From positions 1 to 28,771 of the IMG/VR virus record IMGVR_UViG_2778260947_000001: DNA of 28,771 nt; one strand, 5' to 3'. Numbering within the stretch: position 1 is the stretch's first letter; each line of letters starts with the position of its first letter. The notes below the pieces were generated by a model. The model was not told where the DNA came from. It ran no database searches and saw only the letters and a list, made by a program, of their open reading frames with translations. Position numbers and translations under genes: made by a program. Below, one piece after another: positions 1 to 8,645 of this stretch. This DNA comes from a virus.

Positions 1-339
1 ATGCACATCCATTCCGACGAATCCGACGAGGTAGACGCTGAACGTCGATACAATCGCGTCCTCTCGGCGATCTACCAGCAGACCAGTCCGATGCAGCGGC
101 CGGGCGTCACACTCGAAACGGTCTGCCTCACGCTCGTGGCGCACGGGTCGTTCGAACGCACAGGGGTCAAAGCGTCACTTCAGGCAGCCCTCGACAACGA
201 CGACGCGATCGCGTACAAGGACGAAGACGGGCAGCTGCGATTCGCACTGCTCACCGACGATAGCGTCGACCGACTCGTAGCTGAGTATCCTGAGGTCGCC
301 GACCACGACACTATCCGAGAGTACCGGGAGGATCCATGA
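1..339 (+). CDS. Hypothetical protein (possibly 5'-incomplete; possible winged-helix)
   Basis: 112 aa acidic ORF; its stop overlaps the next ATG (ATGA at 336-339). Confidence 0.6.
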   Translation: MHIHSDESDEVDAERRYNRVLSAIYQQTSPMQRPGVTLETVCLTLVAHGSFERTGVKASLQAALDNDDAIAYKDEDGQLRFALLTDDSVDRLVAEYPEVADHDTIREYREDP

Positions 340-632
340 CGCACGTCTGGGGCGTCGCCGACGAGACGATCCTCGAGGCCGTCCACGAAGCCCTCGATAA
401 TGACGATTGCCTCGCCTTTGGCGGGGGAGTCCGTCCCAAACACGTCGCGATGCACTGCGAACTCCAGCCCGGTTCGCTGCGGGACCGGCTGCTGACGCTC
501 AGCACTGATGGGCATCTAATCCGGGTCTGGGGTGTCGATGCCGATCAACCGGGCTACCCCGCACGGCGCGGCTATCTGCCAGCAGGGCATCCTGCCGCAA
601 CTGCCCCGTATTCGCTTCCGGTCGACCAGTGA
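336..632 (+). CDS. Hypothetical protein, possible HTH/winged-helix DNA-binding protein
   Basis: 98 aa. Helix-turn-helix-like segment VRPKHVAMHCELQPGSLRDRLLTLSTDGHL; coupled to the upstream gene. Confidence 0.6.
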   Translation: MTHVWGVADETILEAVHEALDNDDCLAFGGGVRPKHVAMHCELQPGSLRDRLLTLSTDGHLIRVWGVDADQPGYPARRGYLPAGHPAATAPYSLPVDQ

Positions 633-743
633 CCTCAGACCGTGGGGTCGGCATGGTGACGCGCTGCTGGGGGTGTCCTCTGGCAGGGTTGCGTACGCCC
701 CACGGGAGGATATCACTGGCCGTTTCACGACAACAGAGTTGCG

Positions 744-770
744 TTTATACTGCATAATTACAGATATACT
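744..770 (+). promoter_or_regulatory. AT-rich putative archaeal promoter region
   Basis: TTTATA at 744-749 followed by CATAATTA and GATATAC, inside the 633-853 gap in otherwise GC-rich DNA. Strand and start site are not determined. Confidence 0.3.
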
Positions 771-853
771 GATAGCGAATCGTACCGGTCTCGGGGTGAC
801 ACATTGGATGACCTCCGACGCCGACCCAAGTAGTCCTGCGACTCTTCTAATTC

Positions 854-1375
854 ATGTCCCAATCAATTGACACAGCGACAGCCACGGCAGCACCACTCCC
901 ACGGAACCCAGCCCGGTCTGGGGCACACGCACTGCGCTGGTTTGAAACGATGATCTGGCACGATCACGCCGTCTGCAGCGAGTGCTTCGCTCGCCTCAAG
1001 CGGTCGGATATCGCCGAACGCGATCACTGGGGCAACCAAGATACGATGTCGTGGCGGACTGAGTCGGCCGTTCTCGGGGAAGACCACATCGAGCCGCCGG
1101 CGTCGGTCGCCAACTGCGCCCCCATGCCCGAGAGCAAGACGACCTGCGCCGAGTGTGGCTCTGTCCGGGGCCTGCGTCAGTCTGATACACTGTCGAAGGA
1201 TGCGGCCATTGATCGTGTTCCCGCGCTCGCCGCTCGTCTGCAAGAGGCTGGCTATCACGTCCAAACCGATCACATTTACCGGGCAGTCGCGCACCTGAAG
1301 AGCCAACGGGGACAGTACGCCGAGAACGACAAGCGGATCTTCGCCGTCGCCGCAGCGCTGGGAGTCCAGCGATGA
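854..1375 (+). CDS. CxxC zinc-binding hypothetical protein
   Basis: 173 aa with CSEC and CAEC motifs; ATGA overlap with the next gene. Confidence 0.75.
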   Translation: MSQSIDTATATAAPLPRNPARSGAHALRWFETMIWHDHAVCSECFARLKRSDIAERDHWGNQDTMSWRTESAVLGEDHIEPPASVANCAPMPESKTTCAECGSVRGLRQSDTLSKDAAIDRVPALAARLQEAGYHVQTDHIYRAVAHLKSQRGQYAENDKRIFAVAAALGVQR

Positions 1376-1581
1376 GTGTTCTGCCATCGACGCCGGACCG
1401 CGTCGCTGTCGAGACGCTGCAAGGCGACATTCGTTCTGGGCCCGTCGTTGACGAGCTCGTCGAGGCCGACGTTCACGACATCCAGCGTGTGTTCCGCGTC
1501 AACCTCGGTGGGACGATCATCCGTGTCCCAGAGGACGACGCCGGCATCCCCGATGACGCGGTGACTGCCACGCGGCAGTAG
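1372..1581 (+). CDS. Hypothetical protein
   Basis: 69 aa acidic ORF starting at an ATGA overlap. Confidence 0.65.
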   Translation: MSVLPSTPDRVAVETLQGDIRSGPVVDELVEADVHDIQRVFRVNLGGTIIRVPEDDAGIPDDAVTATRQ

Positions 1582-1645
1582 ACGAGGGGATGCATCGTTC
1601 GTCAACCGGCCGGCATCCAGCTCGGGTGTCACAGCCGGCCGCCCT

Positions 1646-1714
1646 GCCCGGTACTGGTGCGCTCGTCCCACATACCCACTCCACGAGCGCGGGGTTCGAC
1701 TCCCTAACCGGGCC
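1646..1714 (+). ncRNA. tRNA-like element (acceptor stem plus T-arm, no D-stem, enlarged central hairpin)
   Basis: GCCCGGT (1646-1652) pairs with ACCGGGC (1707-1713). GGGG-TTCGACT-CCCT T-arm at 1691-1705. Perfect 8-bp stem GCGCTCGT/ACGAGCGC (1659-1666/1683-1690) closing a 16-nt loop. Lies in an intergenic gap. Confidence 0.5.
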
Positions 1715-1747
1715 TACGATGAGTCGCAGTTGCACAGGAGGCGCGTG

Positions 1748-1981
1748 ATGGTCTCACTTTCATTCCTCGTCGAGAACGCCTCAACGGCAGTTCTGGTGAT
1801 CCTGTATCTTTTTTACGAGATTCACCACGGCCGGCTCGAGCGCGTTGCCGACAAGGTCGATGAGGTCATCATCGCCGTCATCGCTCTTGCCCAAGAGAAC
1901 GACGACATCGACGAGGACGAGGTTGCGGACCGACTGAATGGCTCGTCGCCGGACGATCTCCGACTTGAGGACGACTCATGA
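1748..1981 (+). CDS. Small membrane protein (one N-terminal TM helix, acidic tail)
   Basis: AGGAGG SD at 1736-1741 supports the ATG at 1748. Hydrophobic segment TAVLVILYLFY; 77 aa. Confidence 0.75.
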   Translation: MVSLSFLVENASTAVLVILYLFYEIHHGRLERVADKVDEVIIAVIALAQENDDIDEDEVADRLNGSSPDDLRLEDDS

Positions 1982-2163
1982 ACGACATCCAACTGCTCTT
2001 ACTCGGCGTGGCACTCGGCGCGATTCCCAGTTCGGAACTCGGCCGTATCGCTGTTGCCACGCTCGCGAAGAGACTCGGGCTGAAACCACGCGAGATTCGG
2101 CGATTCAACGCAGCGACTGAAGACGGTGCTGGCGGCGAGACGCCAGAGAGTGATAAGCAATGA
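1978..2163 (+). CDS. Small putative membrane protein
   Basis: 61 aa with hydrophobic N-terminus IQLLLLGVALGAI; ATGA overlaps on both sides. Confidence 0.7.
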   Translation: MNDIQLLLLGVALGAIPSSELGRIAVATLAKRLGLKPREIRRFNAATEDGAGGETPESDKQ

Positions 2164-2378
2164 GTCGCACCAACATTCCGGTCTCCGACGCTGTCTACGA
2201 CCGGCTTGCCGACCACAAGGCTGAGGGCGAGACGTGGGACGACGTCCTCGAGCAGGCCGCCGACGCGCTGGACGAGGAACCGGGCAGCGAGCAAACTGCG
2301 TGCATCACCCCAGAACAGGTTGCTGAGATTGCTCGCGAAACGGCGGCTGAAGTCGAGAATCGCATGACACGACGGTGA
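2160..2378 (+). CDS. Ribbon-helix-helix (CopG/antitoxin-like) DNA-binding protein
   Basis: N-terminus TNIPVSDAVYDRLADHKAEGETWDDVL matches the haloarchaeal RHH pattern TIxVSxxxxxRLxxxKxxGESxDDVL. Confidence 0.7.
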   Translation: MSRTNIPVSDAVYDRLADHKAEGETWDDVLEQAADALDEEPGSEQTACITPEQVAEIARETAAEVENRMTRR

Positions 2379-2393
2379 GGGCAACTTGCACGC

Positions 2394-2597
2394 ATGACCT
2401 ACGTCTACGACTGCGACGGCTGGTGTGACGACGATATCCACGACGAACGACCAGCGTTGACCGGTGAGTTCAACGAGGAGTTCTACAAGAGTACTGCCAT
2501 CGGCGGCCGACTCTCTGAGCAGGGCTATGATCTCGGCGATCTGGTCACACTCTGTGGGCCCTGCGTCGAGCGCCTGTTGATCGAAGCCGACGTCTGA
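2394..2597 (+). CDS. Small CxxC zinc-binding protein
   Basis: 67 aa with CDGWC and CGPC motifs. Confidence 0.7.
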   Translation: MTYVYDCDGWCDDDIHDERPALTGEFNEEFYKSTAIGGRLSEQGYDLGDLVTLCGPCVERLLIEADV

Positions 2598-2599
2598 CC

Positions 2600-2884
2600 A
2601 TGCCCGACGACAACCCTCGTGACCGACACCGCGACCGCGTCTGGAGCGAGCGGGCTGGCGACCAGTGCCCTCGCTGCGGCGCGTCGTTCGATCAGGCTGG
2701 CGGCGCCGACGTCCATCATCGTGATGGTAACGAGCGCAACGGCGAGCCGGAAAACCTCCGGAAGCGGTGTCCGACGTGCCACTTCGCCGGCGAGCACGAC
2801 CGGCCGGACGACGCGCCCAACTCACAGCAGCCGCCGGGCCCGTCGCGGTCGAGTCCCAGCAGCCCGCGGACATCTCCCCGCTGA
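2600..2884 (+). CDS. HNH endonuclease (packaging-associated position)
   Basis: CPRC...DVHHRDGNERNGEPENLRKRCPTCH is an HNH/zinc motif; the gene is directly upstream of the terminase genes. Confidence 0.85.
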   Translation: MPDDNPRDRHRDRVWSERAGDQCPRCGASFDQAGGADVHHRDGNERNGEPENLRKRCPTCHFAGEHDRPDDAPNSQQPPGPSRSSPSSPRTSPR

Positions 2885-2920
2885 CTCACTACTGACACCC
2901 AACAACTCTTCGAGCCACCA

Positions 2921-3517
2921 ATGACTGATGACGACTACGAGATCTCCGAGGAACCGCCTCGCGATGAGCAGGGCCATCCGATCCATCCTGAGCGAGGCCA
3001 CCGGATCTGCGGGGCCACGAAGTCGGACAAGACGACACCGACTGACCACGGCCGCGAACGCGACGACGTCGACTACTGTCTCCTCGCTGCGGGCTGGGGC
3101 GAGAATCGCGATGTCGGCCCCTGCAGCAAGCACCCCGTCACTGGCGAGCAGTGGGGCGAGTCCAACCCGAACTACGACACTGGCAGCTACTCGGAGTTCC
3201 AGCGCCTCCAGCGCGAGTCGCTGACCGAGCGCGAGCAGGAGATGCTCGACGCGCTCGACTTGGATGAGCATGCCGACGATTTCGCGAAGGACGTCGTCAA
3301 GGAGGCTTACCTGAAGTACCACCGCACTGGTGACGATCGCTTCCTCCGTGAGGCTCGTCAGTGGGCCAAGGAGTTCGGCGTGATCGCGTCGCCGGCGGAC
3401 GAGATCGAGGTCCAGGCCGACGTCAACCAGACGACCGAGCACCAGCTGGGCGACGACGAACGCGAGCTCGCACTCGAGACGATTCGCGAACTCCAGGAGC
3501 GTGATGCCGGTGAGTAG
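2921..3517 (+). CDS. terS: Probable terminase small subunit
   Basis: 198 aa, immediately upstream of and overlapping terL. CGA..C..C-x-x-H..N..GSYS pattern resembles HGGxSTG-type TerS; helical acidic C-terminus. Confidence 0.65.
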   Translation: MTDDDYEISEEPPRDEQGHPIHPERGHRICGATKSDKTTPTDHGRERDDVDYCLLAAGWGENRDVGPCSKHPVTGEQWGESNPNYDTGSYSEFQRLQRESLTEREQEMLDALDLDEHADDFAKDVVKEAYLKYHRTGDDRFLREARQWAKEFGVIASPADEIEVQADVNQTTEHQLGDDERELALETIRELQERDAGE

Positions 3518-5135
3518 TCCTGTCGATGCCGGCGCTATCGCCGACGTCGCGACCGGCCAGGCACTCGACGCGAAACGCCAGACGCTCAACCCGTTCGAGG
3601 GCCCGGCAACGTGGGTTGACTTCGCGAACGAGCTGACGCGGAACTACATGGCCGGCGAGATGGACGACGACCCGTACCATCTCCTCGACGAGCACCACGG
3701 CCACTGGCTCGAGAAGTTCGACGCCGGCGACCGCGTCCTGCTGTGCCATCGCGACGGGCTCAAGACAACCATCACGCTGGCGTACCTCATCGCCTGTCTC
3801 GAGTACAAGCCTGGCTTCCGGGCGATCTGGGCGATGAACAACGAGACATCGGTGACGAAGAAGGCCGACACGGAGTTCTGGAAGATGGTCAACCGGAACC
3901 CGTGGCTGACCAGCCTGAACGCGCCGCCGAAGAAGGACAACATCCAGACGAAGATCTTCGAGAACGGATCGACGCTGACTGCTGGGTGGCTGTTCGGCGG
4001 GATCGAGGGCGACCGCGCGCACCTCCTGGTACTCGACGACATCATCAAGGAGAAGGGTGACGGCTCGACCGACGACGTCCTCGACTGGGTCGAAGCTGTC
4101 AGCGTCCCGATGGTGAAGGACAACGGCCGCACGGTCGTGATCGGGACGCGGAAGCAGACCGACGACATCTACCAGAACTTCCGCCTTCGCGATGGCTACG
4201 ACGTCGATGAGTTCCCGGCGATCCTGGACTACTGGGATCAGCAGTTCAGCGCTGATGACGACTGGCAGGCCCGGCGGCCCGACGACGACCTTTACACCGA
4301 GGTCGAGGACCCGTGGAACGAGGGCGAGACGCTTCAGGTGCTCTGGCCAGAGGCGCGGGGGCCCGAGTGGCTGGCCGATAAGCGCTCGAAGATGGCCGAC
4401 CACCGCTTCTGGCGGGAGTACTCGCTCGTCATCATGGGCTCGTCGGGCGACCTCATCGACGCAAAGGACGTCCGGCTCCCCGCCGAGGACGGTGGCTGCT
4501 CGATCACCGACCGCGACCCGCCGCCGAAGTACCGCGCCGGGCCTGGCGAGGTCGTCATCCTGAGCCACGACCCCGCGAACTCTCCGACCGGCGACGACGC
4601 CGCGTTCACGGTGTGGCTCCTCCAGCGCGATGGTCGACGTCGCCTCCTGGACTGCCACGCCGAGGCGGGGATGAGCCCGAGCGACGTCAAGACCACGCTC
4701 GTCGAGTACGACCGACGCTACGATCCGGCGATCGTGGTCGTTGAGAACAACGGGATGCAGAGCTACGTCGCCGAGGACGCCATCGAGTTCGACGCCCAGC
4801 TGGGTGCGAAAGTGACCGGCATCCCGACGACCGGCGCGAAACACTCCTGGGACAACGGTATCCCGCGGCTACGGATCCTCGTCGAGAACGGTCGCATCCT
4901 GTTCCACCGAGGCCACCGGCCGACCGAGGACTTCATCACCGCGATGCAGAGCCTCGAGCGCCGGGACGGCAAGCTGCACGGCCACACGCCGGACTACATT
5001 GCAGCCTGGTATATGGCGGAAAAGGGCCTCCGGAAGCTCGAGGATATGGGCATCACCGAGATCGACGACATGCCCGATGCCGACGAGGATGAGGAGGACG
5101 ACGAAAGCACGGATAGCGGCCTCTACGGAGCCTGA
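3504..5135 (+). CDS. terL: Terminase large subunit
   Basis: Walker A-like CHRDGLKTT, Walker B HLLVLDD, coupling motif VVIGTR, and a C-terminal RNase H-like nuclease (SHDPA, VVENNG, PDYIAA). Precedes the portal gene. Confidence 0.93.
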   Translation: MPVSSPVDAGAIADVATGQALDAKRQTLNPFEGPATWVDFANELTRNYMAGEMDDDPYHLLDEHHGHWLEKFDAGDRVLLCHRDGLKTTITLAYLIACLEYKPGFRAIWAMNNETSVTKKADTEFWKMVNRNPWLTSLNAPPKKDNIQTKIFENGSTLTAGWLFGGIEGDRAHLLVLDDIIKEKGDGSTDDVLDWVEAVSVPMVKDNGRTVVIGTRKQTDDIYQNFRLRDGYDVDEFPAILDYWDQQFSADDDWQARRPDDDLYTEVEDPWNEGETLQVLWPEARGPEWLADKRSKMADHRFWREYSLVIMGSSGDLIDAKDVRLPAEDGGCSITDRDPPPKYRAGPGEVVILSHDPANSPTGDDAAFTVWLLQRDGRRRLLDCHAEAGMSPSDVKTTLVEYDRRYDPAIVVVENNGMQSYVAEDAIEFDAQLGAKVTGIPTTGAKHSWDNGIPRLRILVENGRILFHRGHRPTEDFITAMQSLERRDGKLHGHTPDYIAAWYMAEKGLRKLEDMGITEIDDMPDADEDEEDDESTDSGLYGA

Positions 5136-5140
5136 TCGAC

Positions 5141-5269
5141 ATGGTCACACGAAAGGACGACACCGAGGATGACGAGGAATCGCGTGATAAGTACGGCATC
5201 GTCGGCGGGAAAGACGCCGTCGACGACATCCGGAGCACTCTCGAAGAGGACGAGGACGACGATGAGTGA
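5141..5269 (+). CDS. Small acidic hypothetical protein (42 aa, absent from ORF track)
   Basis: ATG at 5141, MVTRKDDTEDDEESRDKYGIVGGKDAVDDIRSTLEEDEDDDE*. Its stop overlaps the ATG at 5262 and it fills the gap after terL. Confidence 0.6.
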   Translation: MVTRKDDTEDDEESRDKYGIVGGKDAVDDIRSTLEEDEDDDE

Positions 5270-5497
5270 CGTCGACTACGAGGAGGCGTGGAGCGAGTAC
5301 GAGACTGCACTCGAGTCGCTGGCCGACGAGATCGAGGCCGACACGCCGTCAGCCGGCAACGGGTCGCTCAACGGCCGGGACTGGTGTGAGGAGAACGATG
5401 TCCCCGAGGTGATGTTCGCCCACGCCGTCGAGCAGGAGTTCGAGCGGTTCGACTACGGCGTCTCGCCGATGCACCCCTGGAGGACGACGATGAGTGA
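5252..5497 (+). repeat. Exact 18-bp direct repeat GAGGACGACGATGAGTGA (5252-5269 and 5480-5497)
   Basis: Read directly from the sequence; the copies are 228 bp apart and each contains an SD-like motif plus ATG/TGA. Confidence 0.9.
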
Positions 5498-5675
5498 GAC
5501 TGACCCGCCGAAGATCTGGATCGACCACTACGACCTCAACCTCGGCGTCCGCGGCGGGTCGCAGGACACCCTCGAAGAGGTCAAAAAGGTCTTTGACGAG
5601 GAACTGGAGAAGGCGGCCGAGCGTGACCCGAAGCTCGATGAAGAAGACCTGACAGAATCGAGGGACTTCCAATGA
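5262..5675 (+). CDS. Acidic hypothetical protein, possibly two fused genes (second start at 5490)
   Basis: Start reassigned to ATG 5262 on the basis of the GAGGA SD and overlap. In-frame internal ATG at 5490 is preceded by GGAGGA. Confidence 0.65.
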   Translation: MSDVDYEEAWSEYETALESLADEIEADTPSAGNGSLNGRDWCEENDVPEVMFAHAVEQEFERFDYGVSPMHPWRTTMSETDPPKIWIDHYDLNLGVRGGSQDTLEEVKKVFDEELEKAAERDPKLDEEDLTESRDFQ

Positions 5676-7228
5676 GTAGCGACACTGACTCCGGTGTCTA
5701 CTCCGAGATCACGAAGTCGGTCGCGGAGAAGTCAGCCGAGACCCAGCAGCTCCAGGAGGAACACGTCGGCCAGACCCGCGGCGGTGCTCGCCGGCCACCG
5801 TTCAACCCGGTGAAGATGGCGGAGCTCCTCGAGCACAACGAGACGCACGCAAAGTGCGTTCACGCGAAGGCTCGATACGTCGCCGGCTTCGGTATCAACA
5901 TCGTTCCACACCCAGAGGCTGAGGATCCAGACCCGGACGGTGAGCAGTACGAGCGGGTTCACGACTTCTGGTTCGGTGACGACTCCAACTGGCAGGTCGG
6001 GCCGATGGAGAGCGAGCGGGCGACCGCGACCGACGTCCTCCAAACGGCCTGGACAGACTACGAGGCGATCGGCTGGCTCGCGATCGAGATCCTCACCCAG
6101 ACCGACGGCACGCCCATCGGCCTGGCGTACGTTCCCGCCCACACCGTTTGGAAGCGAAAGGAGGATCGTGGGTTCGTCCAGTTGCTCAATGACAAGACGC
6201 AGTACTTCGGTGTCGCTGGTGACCGCTACCGAACTGACGAGAACGACAGCCCCGACCCCATCTTCGTCGACGGCAACTCGGGGAACACGGGTTCGTCCGT
6301 ATCGTCTCCCGCCAACGAGATCATCTGGAAGCGGAACCACTCCCCGCTCTACCCCCACTACGGAGCGCCCGACGTCGTCCCTGCTGTCCGTGCGATCCGC
6401 GGTGACGAGGCAGCCAAGGACTACAACATCGACTTTTTCGAGCACGACGGCGTCCCGCGCCTGGCGATCATCGTCAAGGGGGCGGAACTCACCGAGAAGG
6501 GCCGCGAGGAGATGCGGACCCTCATCGAGGATAACAACGAGAACAGTCACCGGACGGCGTTCATCGAGACGGAGAAGATCGTTCAAGGCGACGACTACCT
6601 GAACCTCGCCGACGGGGCCGACGCAGATGACGTCGAGATCCGGATCGAGCCGTTGACCGTCGGGATGGATGAGGAGGCCTCGTTCCTCGAGTTCCGCGAC
6701 CGGAACGAGCACGACATCCTCAAGGTTCACGACGTCCCGCCGGTGGTCGCCGGCGTCGTTGAGTCCGGCGCGTTCTCCACCGACTCGGAGGAACAGCGGA
6801 AGGAGTTCGCCGAGGAGACGATCAAACCCAAGCAGCACGACTTCGCGGATCTCCTCTACGAACTCGTCCACAAGCAGGGCCTCGACGCGCCCGACTGGAC
6901 CATCCGGTTCGAGCTGGCGAAGCCCGACACCAAGCTCCAGGATCTCGAGATCGCCAAGCAACGGATCCAGGCGGCGCAGGGCCTCATCACCGTGAACGAA
7001 CTCCGCGAGGAACTCGGGTTCGAGCCGTTCCCGGACGACCACGTCTACGGTGGCCAGACGCTTGTCGTCGAGGTGACTGGAGGCGCTGGCGCAGGCGGTG
7101 GGATGGGCGGCATCAGCCAGCAGATCGAGGACCTCGTCGAGCAGCGAACGGACGAACTTCTCGACGAGTACCAGACCGATATCGACGCCGGGCAGCGGAT
7201 CGAAACCGGTGCTCAGGCCGACAACTGA
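5672..7228 (+). CDS. Portal protein (PBSX/HK97-like family)
   Basis: 518 aa after terL. Motifs LYPHYGAPD, YNIDFFEHDGVP and ILKVHDVPP; C-terminal ITVNELREELGFEP. Confidence 0.92.
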   Translation: MSSDTDSGVYSEITKSVAEKSAETQQLQEEHVGQTRGGARRPPFNPVKMAELLEHNETHAKCVHAKARYVAGFGINIVPHPEAEDPDPDGEQYERVHDFWFGDDSNWQVGPMESERATATDVLQTAWTDYEAIGWLAIEILTQTDGTPIGLAYVPAHTVWKRKEDRGFVQLLNDKTQYFGVAGDRYRTDENDSPDPIFVDGNSGNTGSSVSSPANEIIWKRNHSPLYPHYGAPDVVPAVRAIRGDEAAKDYNIDFFEHDGVPRLAIIVKGAELTEKGREEMRTLIEDNNENSHRTAFIETEKIVQGDDYLNLADGADADDVEIRIEPLTVGMDEEASFLEFRDRNEHDILKVHDVPPVVAGVVESGAFSTDSEEQRKEFAEETIKPKQHDFADLLYELVHKQGLDAPDWTIRFELAKPDTKLQDLEIAKQRIQAAQGLITVNELREELGFEPFPDDHVYGGQTLVVEVTGGAGAGGGMGGISQQIEDLVEQRTDELLDEYQTDIDAGQRIETGAQADN

Positions 7229-7231
7229 CCG

Positions 7232-8173
7232 ATGGTTGACGCGACTCATTCGGCATCCGGCTCGGGGCTGGCCGAGCGCCGGCGGCACGTCCGCCACCTC
7301 GATAAGCAGGACTTCTCTCCTGAACAGGAGGAGGCGTTCAACCAGTTCCTCGACGACTACGTCGACGCCCTGACGCCCATCGAGGAGGACCTCGACGAGT
7401 GGCTGCGGAACGCGAGCGAAGAGGATCTTGAGTCGCTGGAGTCCATCCAAAACGACCTGCGGCAACTCATCGAGGAGGGCGGCTACGTCGACGACTTCGA
7501 AGAGGTGTTCCAGGAGGGCGGCGAGCGAGCGACACAAGCCGGCCGCCGGCTCGCCAGTCGGCGGTACAACCTCGGTCTCGATCCGTTTGACGTCGTCCCC
7601 GACCGGGCACTGGAGGTCATCGACGACTGGGTAGACGAGGCCGCGGGAAGCACGCTGGAGACGATCGACGAGAACGCCTCAAGGTGGCTCCGGGGGGCTC
7701 ACGAAGACGGCCTCTCCATCCCAGAGATCCAGGAGCATATCAACGACGAACTGTACGACTCCCGACTCGAGGGATATGTCGCCGAGCGCGCCGCACGGAC
7801 GGGCACGAACTCGACGTCAAATCTGGGCGTCCACTCCAGCTTTCAGGAATCGGATATGGTCGTCGGTGAGGAGTGGATCGCGATCGGGGACCGACGAACG
7901 CGGGATGATCACAACCAGGCCAACGGCCAGATCGTCGCTGTCGCCACACCGTTCATCGTCGGCGGTGAGAAGCTCGACTACCCGGGCGATCCGTCGGGAT
8001 CCCTGCAGCAGATCGTCAACTGCCGGTGTACGATGGTGCCGGTGTTCGAGGACGACCTCAGCGATGATGAGCTCGAGGCGATCGAGGGTGGCGGGCGGAT
8101 CCGAAAGGCGTCCGTCGACGAGACAGTCAAGCTCGCTGCCGATGGAACTGTCGAGCCACTCGCTGCTGGATAG
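7232..8173 (+). CDS. SPP1 gp7 / Mu gpF-like head morphogenesis protein
   Basis: C-terminal EEWIAIGDRRTRDDH...PGDPSG...VNCRCT signature; follows the portal gene. Confidence 0.9.
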   Translation: MVDATHSASGSGLAERRRHVRHLDKQDFSPEQEEAFNQFLDDYVDALTPIEEDLDEWLRNASEEDLESLESIQNDLRQLIEEGGYVDDFEEVFQEGGERATQAGRRLASRRYNLGLDPFDVVPDRALEVIDDWVDEAAGSTLETIDENASRWLRGAHEDGLSIPEIQEHINDELYDSRLEGYVAERAARTGTNSTSNLGVHSSFQESDMVVGEEWIAIGDRRTRDDHNQANGQIVAVATPFIVGGEKLDYPGDPSGSLQQIVNCRCTMVPVFEDDLSDDELEAIEGGGRIRKASVDETVKLAADGTVEPLAAG

Positions 8174-8239
8174 AAGATAACCAACCGATGACGCTCCCCG
8201 CGCCGAGGTCCAGAGCGGGCCGGAGGACACCTCAGAATC

Positions 8240-8566
8240 ATGCCACGAACCCAAGACGCAACAATCGAGGAGGAACAGGACATATCAGCAGAGGGCGTCA
8301 TCGCGGAGGCGGACCTCAAGGGCGACGTACTGGTGTCACTCAACATCGAAGGCACGGCTGCGGCGTCGTACGCGCTTGACGTGAGTGCGACGGGTGAGGA
8401 TGGCGATTGGTTCGAAGGCGAGGAGACGTACGACCAGGCAAACCTCGACGACGCAACCGACATCCGAGACAGCTTCCGGTTCGGCCATCGCTACCTCCGC
8501 ATCCGCGTTACCGGGACTGCTACGGCCGGTGAGACGGCCGACGTCACGATCTCGGAAGCGCGATAG
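8240..8566 (+). CDS. Hypothetical beta-rich protein, possible minor virion/decoration protein
   Basis: 108 aa with alternating beta-strand patterns (RYLRIRVT); located in the head module. Confidence 0.7.
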   Translation: MPRTQDATIEEEQDISAEGVIAEADLKGDVLVSLNIEGTAAASYALDVSATGEDGDWFEGEETYDQANLDDATDIRDSFRFGHRYLRIRVTGTATAGETADVTISEAR

Positions 8567-8645
8567 CCCGGCCAACTACCGATGACCCCATGCCCCCGCC
8601 GGGGCCACTGGGCGAGATCCATACCGGCGTTCTCACAGGACACCA

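Noticed and set aside
1646-1714. Element as a canonical tRNA gene or as an att site
   Set aside because: It has no D-stem and no 7-nt anticodon loop. Both acceptor strands are present and it lies mid-operon rather than at a prophage boundary, so it is kept only as tRNA-like.
2160-2378. RHH protein as part of a toxin-antitoxin pair
   Set aside because: No adjacent PIN/RelE-type toxin is recognisable; it is more simply a stand-alone regulator.
2877-2882. CCCGCT hexamer just upstream of terS as a pac-site motif
   Set aside because: A 6-mer in GC-rich DNA is expected by chance, and my recollection of the motif in related viruses cannot be verified here. Terminus mapping is needed.
3747-3770. 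TerL Walker A reads HRDGLKTT rather than GxxGKT
   Set aside because: R-x-x-x-K-[ST] variants lacking the Gly before Lys occur in other terminases, so this is not evidence of inactivation or novelty.
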